Shown here piece by piece: positions 34,805-46,033 of a DNA stretch of 64,000 bases (position 1 is its first letter; each line of letters opens with the position of its first letter). The notes under the pieces were generated by a model. It was given only the letters and a program-made list of their open reading frames with translations, was not told the DNA's origin and did not search any database. A program made the translations under genes and the position numbers. Source of the stretch: Tubiluchus corallicola (lineage: Eukaryota; Animalia; Priapulida); NCBI GenBank assembly GCA_030141605.1, contig JAQGDQ010000394.1, positions 62,001 to 126,000 of the forward strand, in the 5' to 3' direction.

Positions 34805-36726
34805 ACGATCATTATTATTTTTAGCAAACTTTGCGGTTAATCTAATTTTAACTACATTGCACCTTTCATTTTGATATTTTTTATATATTTTAAGACTTGA
34901 TGCGAAGATTTGTGAATGTGAAACATCGCATATGTGAACAATAAAACTGCTTAGAATAATAACTCTAGTAGACCTACATAATTAACAAAATAATGTGCAG
35001 AACAATTATCTCTATGGCTACCTGGCTTTTGCATAATAATAAAAACTATGCAAAGGTGCTAGGCATCAGTTTGCAATTCTTCTTTACATATTTAGATTTG
35101 TTATAGATGTCATGGCTAAGAACAGGCTTTGAGCTCACGCTGAGACTTGGCTAAGAACAGGCTTTGAGCTCACGCTGAGACTTGTATTATAAATCGAATA
35201 GTATTTTTATTGGAAGGCTAAAATTAAAGCACAACAAAAACTCACCACTTACATCAAGTTAAAAAAAAATCGTCCAGAAATTTTATACCACTTACATACT
35301 GCTTTTTGCATACATGGCTTGTATTGGCTGTAACGCTGTGTAAAACATGTAAATTTAAACTCCCGTGATGACCGTCAGACGCATTGAATCGAGTTTAGAT
35401 AACATTGTGTAAACTTTGAACAAATAATCAGAGCATTCGTATCGCACACATCAGTAACTAGGTAAAATTTTAAATTACTGTAGCTTGCCAATAACATTAA
35501 AAATACGCTTTTGATTAGTGAGTGGACGTAAACTGGGAGAACTTGGCTTTCTGGGTTTCAGCAAACATGACACTGTATTAATCATATGAATTTATGTTAT
35601 TGCTTTATAATTGTTACTGTTGTTCTATAGGTGAAATATAATTAATGTGTTTCAGAGCTTTTCCAAATGGGGACTGGCCAAGCCACATCCATATTATTAA
35701 TAACTTGAGGTATGTAAGTAAATTATATGTATAATATGTGTATTTAACAGAGTACACATACGTAACAAAGTTGGTGAAAAATAAGGAGTAGAATGTTCTT
35801 CTTTAGCAGAAGCTGTCTTGTAATCATTCAAATAGAATCAATCTGCTCGATATTTCAAGTGAAGCCAGTTAGTATGAAAGTTTTGACTCAAAACAAATTA
35901 AAATTATAAAAACAAACTTTTTGTAGTGAAGATGAAACCAGAAACTGTCTACAATTAGGTTGAAAAATCATGTATGGCAACCTTTAAGTAAAACAAAATT
36001 AAAATTTTAAGTACTTTGACGTCAACAAGTGGTGTGCAACAGCTGGAAAAATAGGTCGTTGCATTTTTTGTGATTTATAAAAATGCGCCAGAATTAGATG
36101 CAGCTGTGAGCTGTAACTGTACACACATTCAGCAGGCTATAAAAAAGTTATTGCAATAGTAACACTGCATGTTTTGTTACTATGTTTGAGAAAAAAGACG
36201 TGAAACAAGTACATGTGTCATGACTTCAGCTTGTTTATTTTTCCGGTTTGACAAAACTCTGTTTTAACATATTTTCAGATGTCATGTGACCCTTGGCCTT
36301 GCCTACTTTATCACAAATACTTACTGCATATCTGTCCTTGGACCCATATATGCAAAAATATACAGATTGAGGCAAATATTCATTCCGAAAGCTGCAGCTG
36401 ACAGGCAGGTTCAGGTTGTCTAGGGAGAACATTAAACACATTTAATAAAAATCTGTGCACGACAGAGTTGGTAAAACATTATTGCAGACGAGGAAAAATC
36501 TCTCTCAGACAAATTGTTGCACACAGATTTTGCATCACACAAACTGAACTCAGGATCAGGAGCCATCTAGTAATTATTTAATAAAGTTACTGAACTAAGT
36601 AATGGCTAGTTGTTAGCTTAAATTCTAATTTCTATAAAAAAGATTGATTATTGCTTCAGAAAAGTAAGTGTGCAGTTTTTGGCAAACCTGTGCTGCCACT
36701 GTTTCAGTCCTATGCATAATAGTTTA

Positions 36727-36897
36727 ACATCTGTGATCCAACATGCTAACATGTGTGATCCAAAATGCTAACATGTGTGATCCAAAATGCTATCATGTGT
36801 GATCCAAAATGCTAACATGTGTGATCCAAAATGCTAACATGTGTGATCCAAAATGCTAACATGTGTGATCCAAACATGCTAACATGTGTGATCCAAA
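36727..36897. repeat. Tandem repeat, 22-bp unit catgtgtgatccaaaatgctaa, ~7 copies
   Basis: Direct inspection. Confidence 0.92.
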
Positions 36898-38024
36898 TAA
36901 ATCAGTAACTGTGGGAGCTCTGCTAATGATCATCAATTTTACATCTTTGACTTTGTGTCACCTCAAAGATACTAAAGCAAAATCTAAATCTCTCGGGGAG
37001 TTGAGCTTATTTTAATATTTGAGAAAAAATGTTAGAAAGTTTGAGCAATCAAATTGCGATAAGGGCCTTATTTAATTAATAAAATCAATTTAAGGTCGCC
37101 GTACGGGCATGCCGGTTTCCGTACAACCTAAACGCTTAATCCGCCAGATGCTTCAGCAATATTCTTCTGACTTATAGAGCGAACTCTATAAACTAAGTAA
37201 CCCACCCGGTACCTACTGTATGCTCGCAAGTTTGCATGTGTATGTGAGGTCAACAAAAGTCTGTAAATTAATTTACAATTACACAATTAATGAATACTAT
37301 TTACACATTTAAAGGTACAATCCTGTGGATTAAAGCTATGTAACCATTTTAAACTTGGACATAATTGATCAAATGACTAATTTTTACATAAACACGGTTA
37401 AATACAATGCTAGAATAACTGAACTTCTGAGTGAACTGTAGAAATTTCTCAATGCATACCTTCATCACAGCTTGCCTTCAAAGCATTCACGCTGCCCAGC
37501 AATCACCAGCTACGTCATTTTATTAAATATGCCGGCAGCCACGTTCATTTGTTGGGAGATTAGAAATATTTAAGTTTCTTTTACATTTTTAAGCAAAGCA
37601 TTCTATGTGCATATCTTATATTGTGATTTCAATATTTTTAATTATATATTAAAATGCAATAATTGTTGTTCAAGGGTTGCTTGTTCAGCATTCATTATGC
37701 ATGTCGTTTACTTGACTAATGAAACTTTTGATAACCCATCAGCAGTGTAACAGGTAATATACCAGTCTAAAAGTTTGCGCGCAGAGTTTTTTGGTATTAG
37801 AATTTTTATCTGTATAACTAAACATAATTGTTTTGGTACTTTTTTAGTATTTTTTAGCAGTTATCGAATAACTAATTTTTATTTTTTCAGGAATGTGTCA
37901 TTTGAGTGTCTGCTGCCAACACATTGTGCCATCATCTGCTCAATCAAAGTATTTTGAGTTATTTATGGCTTGCCTTTAACAGACTTGAAAACCTTTGCCA
38001 GTGAAAGGCAGTGCTGTAATATTA

Positions 38025-39474
38025 CAGTGGACTCTTGTTATAAGAATCACCTCGGGAGAAGGCAAAGTGATTCTTATAACGAGCATGACCCAAAATTGCT
38101 TTAAGATTTTTTTATGCACATATTCCCAGACACAGACACAGATTCCCAAGCAACTTTCAGGTTCATCAGCGCGTCCAGAACATTGATTTTGTTGACGAGT
38201 GTCGTAGCATCTGATGCGTTTCCGTTGTCAATCTCATTTAGCACGGCCATCACTATGCTGCGCCTGAAATGGGCTTTGAATGCCCGAATGATGCCCTGGT
38301 CCAGTGGTTGCAAGAGAGATGTCGTGTTTGGTGGCAAGAATGCCAACTCGATGTTGTCAAGCTGCACTTTTGGATGGGCTGAACAGTTGTCCAACAGCAG
38401 TAGCACCTTCTCTCCCTTGCGTCGAAGTTCTTGATCCCACTCTTGAAGCCATTCAGTGAAAAGCTGGCCTGTCATCCACGCTGTTTTGTTAGCTCTGTAG
38501 CGTGCTGGCAGCTTCTTTATGCCAGTGAAGCATCGTGGCTTAGCGCTCTTTGCAATGACGAAAGGAATTCTCTTCTCTCCCGTCCAGCCGACACAGAACA
38601 GAACAGTCAAACGTTCTTTGCTCTTCTTCCCTCCAGCCTTCTTTTCGTCCTTGAGTACGAATGTGCTGTCTGGAAGGGCGCGATGATAGAGGCCGGTCTC
38701 GTCACAGTTCCAGATTTGACGAGGAGCGTACTTCTTGCGAAGTTCAGGCCACACATTCACTAGCCAGTCATCTTTCCCCTGTGCGTCTGCTGCTGCCGCT
38801 TCTCCATGCAGTCGCTTGAAAATCAGGTCGTTTCGTTTCTTGAAATTGGTGAAGCAGCCATCTGACGCCTTGAAATCAGCAATTCCGAAGTCTTTGGCAA
38901 AGTTTTCGGCCTTTGCTTTGATGACTGGGCCTGAGAGTGGAGTTTCTTTGTCTCGTGCGTTTTTGATCCACATGTCCAGTGCCACTTCCAGCTCAATCCA
39001 CTTCCCCATTCTCTTCCTCTTCAATGCTGGTGAAGTGCCGGACAGGATATTGCACTCCTTCAGGATCTTCGAGAGACACGACTGGTTGAGACCTTCGAAG
39101 CCTTGTCCAACCAACAGCTGCACAGCTTCTCGCTGGCCAACCCTCAGAAGCGCGTCATAAGCGGCGATGATTTTCACCTTTTCACTCACACTTCTGCTTT
39201 TCCGATTGGATGCCATTTTTCAACTGACTGACACGCAAACAAACAAATTTGAAATCTCTGTGGTGTCCGCCATGCCCACTGCGCAGAACCATGTAAGCAG
39301 GGCGTGAGAGACAATGGAGTTGGCGCCAAAATTGATTCTACTATCGAAAGTGGGGTGATTCTTATACGAGCGGATTTTCACTAGTAAAATGCCGATTCAA
39401 TTCGGGAAACGCAATTTTGATTCTTATATCGAGCTGATTCTTATACGTGTGATTCTTGTAACGAGAGTCCACTG
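38025..39474 (-). mobile_element. Tigger/pogo DNA transposon with both TIRs and TA target duplication
   Basis: TA|cagtggactcttgttataagaatcac ... gtgattcttgtaacgagagtccactg|TA; subterminal gattcttata repeats. Confidence 0.95.
38101..39216 (-). CDS. Pogo/Tigger transposase (CENP-B-type HTH + DDE_1), 371 aa, C-terminus appears shortened
   Basis: FKASDG.FTNFKKR, WNCDETG, KSKERLTVL, LLLDNCSAH, LPPNTTSLLQPLDQG; DD29D spacing by my count. Confidence 0.92.
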   Translation of the reverse strand: MASNRKSRSVSEKVKIIAAYDALLRVGQREAVQLLVGQGFEGLNQSCLSKILKECNILSGTSPALKRKRMGKWIELEVALDMWIKNARDKETPLSGPVIKAKAENFAKDFGIADFKASDGCFTNFKKRNDLIFKRLHGEAAAADAQGKDDWLVNVWPELRKKYAPRQIWNCDETGLYHRALPDSTFVLKDEKKAGGKKSKERLTVLFCVGWTGEKRIPFVIAKSAKPRCFTGIKKLPARYRANKTAWMTGQLFTEWLQEWDQELRRKGEKVLLLLDNCSAHPKVQLDNIELAFLPPNTTSLLQPLDQGIIRAFKAHFRRSIVMAVLNEIDNGNASDATTLVNKINVLDALMNLKVAWESVSVSGNMCIKKS

Positions 39475-39994
39475 TAATGGCTAAACCAAATATGAACATT
39501 GGATTGTGATCAATACTTGTTGCAACACTTGCCACAATTCGTAATTTGACTCAAGCAGATGATGAGTTATGTTGTGTTCTACATCCTTCTGTTTTTACTG
39601 CAATGCCCTCTGGTGTATTCATTCTCATAGTGTGTCTCAAGACATTCACAAACAGTTTGACAGTGGATAAGACACTGAGCACTTGAGCAGGAACCTCTCT
39701 CAGAGACTTGAGAATGAGGCTGTCAATTTTTTTTGCATGAAAAAGCCTAAGAGGAGAAACCTTTTCCATTGCTTATGCCATTTGTGCAAGTTCACAGTTT
39801 CCTCCGTACAGGTAAGCTTACATGCGTAGAAGCTCACTTACTAGTTACTTGCCTTTCTCCATATGTAGCAGAAAGGTAAACTTGTTGTTTGATAAAATTT
39901 AAAAAAGAAATAGACATTTCACTGCATGCTGCTTTTTTGACATTTTTTGGATATTCAGGAAATCTTCATCACGGCATTTGTGACAACTGACAAG

Positions 39995-41030
39995 TAATAT
40001 ACCTGTACTTGCAGACTGTGTAATATACCTGTACTTGCAGACTGTGTAATATACCTGTACTTGCAGACCTGTAATGTACCTGTACTTGCAGACCTGTAAT
40101 ATACCTGTACTTGCAGACCTGTAACATACCTGTACTTGTAGACCTGTAATGTACCTGTACTTGCAGACCTGTAATGTACCTGTACTTGTAGACCTGTAAT
40201 GTACCTGTACTTGCAGACCTGTAATGTACCTGTACTTGCAGACCTGTAATGTACCTGTACTTGTAGACCTGTAATGTACCTGTACTTGTAGACCTGTAAC
40301 ATATCTGTACTTGTAGACCTGTAATGTACCTGTACTTGCAGACCTGTAATGTACCTGTACTTGTAGACCTGTAATATACCTGTACTTGCAGACCTGTAAC
40401 ATACCTGTACTTGTAGACCTGTAATGTACCTGTACTTGCAGACCTGTAATGTACCTGTACTTGTAGACCTGTAATGTACCTGTACTTGCAGACCTGTAAT
40501 GTACCTGTACTTGCAGACCTGTAATGTACCTGTACTTGCAGACCTGTAATGTACCTGTACTTGTAGACCTGTAATGTACCTGTACTTGTAGACCTGTAAC
40601 ATATCTGTACTTGTAGACCTGTAACATACCTGTACTTGCAGACCTGTAACATATCTGTACTTGCAGACCTGTAATGTACCTGTACTTGCAGACCTGTAAC
40701 ATATCTGTACTTGCGGACCTGTAAACCTGTACTTGCAGACCTGTAACATACCTGTACTTGCAGACCTGTAACATACCTGTACTTGTAGACCTGTAACACA
40801 CCTGTAATTGCGGACCTGTAATATACCTGTACTTGCAGACCTGTAATGTACCTGTACGTGAGGACCTGTAATGTACCTGTACTTGAGGACCTGTAATGTA
40901 CCTGTACTTGAGGACCTGTAATATACCTGTACTTGCAGACCTGTAACACACCTGTACTTGTAGACCTGTAATGTACCTGTACTTGAGGACCTGTAACACA
41001 CCTGTACTTGTGGACCTGTAATATACCTGA
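39995..41030. repeat. Tandem repeat, 25-bp unit acctgtaatgtacctgtacttgcag, ~41 copies
   Basis: Direct inspection; unit built from two acctgta sub-repeats. Confidence 0.97.
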
Positions 41031-41865
41031 ATTGCAAATATACAAAGGATTTAAAAAAACTCAGGAACTGAGCATTCCAAGTTTTATATGAACACAAACA
41101 GCCAGAAACATTTAACAACCAGATTTAATTTTATAGACCAATTCTAAATTACAATGCAAAAACACAAACGTTGTCTATTACTGTTTCTGCTTATATACGT
41201 AGTAGGGTTTGCTTTTGTACAGTGTACTCTATGTAATGCCTAGTGTGTCATAATGATATATATATATATATATATATAATAATGTATATATATTTTGACA
41301 CTAATTAATGTGCTTAATATGGATCATTTTCTACTTGGGTTTTCTATTAAAGTTGGAGGTCATGAATTATTTATTCTCATTGTCAGTTTATTTGAGTCAT
41401 TTGTTTTTTTTACTAATAGTAGATGCTTGTTTTTCAGATGAAGATGCAGAAATTTTGACAGGCCCAGTACCGGGCCTGGGCTTCGTCTTATCAACATTGG
41501 CTGTCAAGGCCTGGGAAATGTTCGTTTTGAGGCTGCGCGGAAGCACTATGTGCTCGCTAGCTGCCCTGTGGAGCAGGGCATGGTGCTTCCGCCGGCTCCG
41601 CTCCGTGTAACAAGGTACGCTACATTATTATACACTTGTTGCAATGTGAATAAATTAGTTCTTTTAAAGCACTAACCGTTTACAATAATATACTACCATT
41701 AGTATCACTATTGAACTAAGTGTATGCATCCACCAACATGAAAGAAGCTGTGACTTGGTTTATAACATGCTCAAGTATCTTGTTTATTAATAGGACATGT
41801 AAGTTATCACTGTTTCTTAGCGAATTTTTTAAATGTTGGTAACAATCTGCTTGGAAATTCATTAT

Positions 41866-42604
41866 TAATAATGGTGAGCAATTGAGGGTTGAGGTGGAGC
41901 AATGTGGGGTCTAATAATGGCGAGCACCTGAGGGTTGGGGTGGAGCAAAGTGGGGTCTAATAACAGTGAGCACTTGAGGGTTGAGGTGGAGCAATGTGGG
42001 GTCTAATAACGGTGAGCACCTGAGGGTTGTGGTGGAGCAATGTGGGGTCTAATAACAGTGAGCACTTAATGGTTGTGGTGGAGCAAAGTGGGGTCTAATA
42101 ACGGTGAGCACCTGAGGGTTGTAGTGGAGCAATGTGGGATCTAATAACGGTGAGCACTTGAGGGTTGTAGTGGAGCAATGTGGGATCTAATAATGGTGAG
42201 CAATTGAGGGTTGAGGTGGAGCAAAATGGGGTCTAATAACGGTGAGCACTTGAGGGTTGAAGTGGAGCAATGTGGGGTCTAATAACGGTGAGCACCTGAG
42301 GGTTGAGGTGGAGCAAAATGGGGTCTAATAACGGTGAGCAATTGAGGGTTGTAGTGGAGCAATGTGGGATCTAATAATGGTGAGCAATTGAGGGTTGAGG
42401 TGGAGCAATGTGGGGTCTAATAACGGCGAGCACCTGAGGGTTGGGGTGGAGCAATGTGGGGTCTAATAACGGTGAGCACTTGAGGGTTGTGGTGGAGCAA
42501 TGTGGGGTCTAATAACGGTGAGCAATTGAGGGTTGAGGTGGAGCAATGTGGGGTCTAATAACAGTGAGCACTTGAGGGTTGAGGTGGAGCAATGTGGGAT
42601 CTAA
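41866..42604. repeat. G-rich tandem repeat, 46-bp unit, ~16 copies
   Basis: ctaataacggtgagcacttgagggttgaggtggagcaatgtggggt. Confidence 0.96.
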
Positions 42605-43379
42605 AATGAAAATAAATTGAAGTGTTTGCAGTTAACAGAATTTATAGTTTTTGTTAATTTGGCTTGTCTAGTACAGAAATTTTACAACTACAAAAATGTT
42701 ATTTCAACAAAAAGTTAGTAGTTTTGTCAACAGCTTATGCAGTGCAGTACAAAGAACTTTTCTGTGAACTCCTGTTTACCTTTAATTCACTAATTACTTT
42801 TCAAATACTCTTTTATGCTCATTAGAAATCAGTTTTGTGCTGATGCATATAATGGATATAATGATGATCTCTAATTGCTATTATAACACTAGCACATGGG
42901 TCTGCATTAATTTTGAGCAGTATTTTTACATATTCTGTGAACCTCAATTATTCGTGTATGTATGTATGACGAAGCCCTTGGCTGTGAGAACACGAGGTGT
43001 ATAGGGCCTCAGCAAAAATGACATTCACACAATCATATAAATTTATGTTAAAACTTTATAATTGTTACTATTGTCTCAGCTATATCTGTATCTGAAATAG
43101 CTTTACCAATGTGTTAACATGTTTCAGGACATATCCTACCGGAGAGGGACGCCATTGATGTTTTGAGGTGAGGCAGTACCGCCGAATGTGATAAGGGTTA
43201 TAGCCAAGTGGGGGTTCTAACGATATTACTCCTTAAATAACAAAGAGTTAAGCTTAGGTTGAACGCTATATTTTGACACGACAGTTTTAAGATATTAAGC
43301 TAAGTCATAATATATTTGAAACAGGTAAGATGTACATAACGTGTAGCTACCTGGCACCACGTAAAGGGGGAAATTCTTC

Positions 43380-43790
43380 TCGCTCATTTGACCAATATAC
43401 AATGTTGGGACTATGTTTCAGGGTTAGTTCATATAAAGGGAGAGTAATTGCAGCAAAATTAAGTATGTATCTCCTATAAAAGCTGACTGTTCCAATGAAC
43501 AATCTGACATCTTTTTTGGTGACTGGATGAGCAATTCTCTTATTTTGTCTATTAAGTAGATTTCAGGCGCTTTATTTGGGACTTACCAACAGTATGGCTC
43601 AAAAAATTAACTTTAATTTATGAAGGTTTGACAGTTAGGTTAGTATCACATAATGAATGTAGAATGGCTTCAATGTTGGCCAGATGTTGCTGCCAGCTAT
43701 CAGAGACGATGATACAATGTCATCGATATACCCATTAGCATTATCAGCTGCTGGTTCAAGGATATGGTCAATCAATGCTTGTGCAGTAGC
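43380..43790 (-). mobile_element. Ty3/Gypsy RT fragment (YIDD and thumb region)
   Basis: ATAQALIDHILEPAADNANGYIDDIV ... PVTKKDVRLFIGTVSFYRRYILNFAAITLPLYELT. Confidence 0.85.
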
Positions 43791-44794
43791 ATTTATGAAA
43801 TGACCTGCGGTTTTTCAACAGATAACATGAAAGCTATTTCTAAAAAGTGCTGTAGCTTTCCAACAGTTAACATAGAGAAAGAGCCATGTTGCTATTTTGT
43901 CTTTGTGTTTACTGTTTTATTTTTCTGTAGGTTTGGATCTACAGCTGGATGTTTTCCACCAGATGAGAAATGCACAAGATCTATCGATTTTGCTGAAAGT
44001 TCAAGATTGCTTTGCACAAACCGAAGAACTAAGCTTTCTCATGCTAGTTTGCTAAAAAGTTTGTGGTATCACAAATTTAATATGTTATAGTGTACAGAAT
44101 CCCAATTACCTTTTTTCATTTTTGTAAAAATGAAAGTCCGTAATAGTTTTTGTACATTTTTGTAATATTTTTTGCACATATGAAAGTGTATAAAGTACTC
44201 ATGCTTGATAATTGTTAGTGTTGCCCTGCCATTAAGTGCTGACTTCTGAGGTTTAACAATATAACTAATGCATTTGCAGCATAAGAATACTTGCCAAGAT
44301 GAAACTGCACCTGGGTTGCAGTTTCAATCGTTTTCATGGTCTCCAAATCCCATGCTAGGCCATTTGAAACACTCCAATCTTAACTACATGTAACATTAAT
44401 GGCCACAAAGAAACGATCTTATTTCCCTTTAAGCAGGAAATGAACTTCATTTCAGTTTCCATTTTTTTCACTTCCTATAATCTTGTCAAAAATAATTATT
44501 TTTTTTTATAATGTTTGTTTTCAGTAATTGAAAGTTTGCAGAGAAGTTAGATTCAATGTAACATCAGCATATTTTACTTAGGTTTTCCTTTCTTCTAATT
44601 CTGTACATCGATTTAATTTTTTCCGTAGTCTCTCTTAAATAGTTTACTTGTCTAGCGAAGATTTTTATCTGATATTCCAAGGCAATACTTTTTGTTGAAC
44701 TCAACTTGATTCTGCTGCACCTGCCATCATAATTCATAGTCATAGAATGTTTTTGCACAATCAAACATCTTTTCAAGTTAGTTTTTCAAGCATA

Positions 44795-44904
44795 ATCCAA
44801 AGGGAAGTACAAGGAATTGATAGTGGCCAGAATTAGTTAAGAAGGCTGTTAGTCTGTTGGAGTTTTAATCCAAGGGAATCTGCCAATAACATTTTAACAA
44901 TCAC
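44795..44904 (-). mobile_element. Ty3/Gypsy RT fragment, near-identical to 33795-33908
   Basis: LKCYWQIPLD*NSNRLTAFLTNSGHYQFLVLPFGL. Confidence 0.85.
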
Positions 44905-46033
44905 GTGAAAGTTATTTATGAAAAATGCTGTAGCTTTCCAACAGTAAACATGAAAGTTATTGCTGTAAAGTGCTGCAGTGTTTTAACAGTTGACATGAAA
45001 GTTATTTATGAAAAGACCTGCGGCTTTCCTACAGTTAACATAGAGAAAGAGCCATGTTGCTATTTTGTCTTTGTGTTTACTGATTTATTTTTCTGTAAGT
45101 CTATGGTCCTCTATAGTGACTGCCATGTGGTCATCTAGGTCCGTCAGAAAATAATGCACCTGTTAGACCAAAATGTGCTAAACGTTTAATCAGGAAAGAC
45201 GGTGGGAGTTATGGAGTGGACAATGCTAGCGTTAAAAATGACAGTCATGGGTTTCTTTTTCAGTTGTCGCATTTTCAGAATCAGAGTCACTGCTAGTAGT
45301 CATCTCTCCTTTCCATGATAAAAGATTCGGTAAAGACGAAGCTGCAGACTCATGTGCTGGTACTGCACTTCCTGTATGGTTGCTCCCATTATTTCTGGTT
45401 TAACTAGTGATAACCTCCCACCACGTGTCTCACTATCATCCCCACATAGTGACTCATTTTTGCAGTTTTGTAATAACATATTCAGTGATGACCTTACGAA
45501 ACTGCAGATAAAACAAATTACTATCGAGCCATTTGAGAGAATCTAGTGTAGTCAATAAGACTGTCGAGCATGTTGCTGAAGATGAAATTGTTGCTACAAC
45601 TGAAGCAACTCAAATTACAGCTTTTCATTCAGTAGAGAACGATTTGAGAGAATCTAGTGTAGTCAATGAGACTGTTGTGAATGTTTTTGTGGGTGATGCA
45701 CTCAAAGGTGATGATTCAGATTTTAAAATTTTTAACTATAACTAAAACTCTCTTAAGTGTGTTAATTGCACAGAAATATCATCCCCATTATCAACTTTTG
45801 GTGGCAGGTTGTGATGACATGGCTTACTTTGGAGACAGCTGTCTAGTATTATAATGATGCAAATAATTACTAAAAGCAGAGAAATCTGAATAATTGAGAT
45901 TTCGTACTTTGCTGCAACTTGGATGCCTGGGATTTTTGAATCGATGAAAAAGTTTTATTTTCAGATGTTTTATGAGATCAAGGTTTTTTCTTTATTTCTT
46001 GAGCTGTTGAACAAGAATTTCAGTGATTCATAA

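Noticed and set aside
38114-39160. Plus-strand ORFs over the Tigger element (and 46783-47818 over piggyBac)
   Set aside because: Antisense shadows of GC-richer transposase genes
39899-41118. Three long ORFs as real proteins
   Set aside because: All arise from a 25-bp tandem unit lacking stops on one strand
45352-45830. PHD-like CWYCTSC as a LINE ORF1 remnant
   Set aside because: Only one short motif with broken frames; not enough to call
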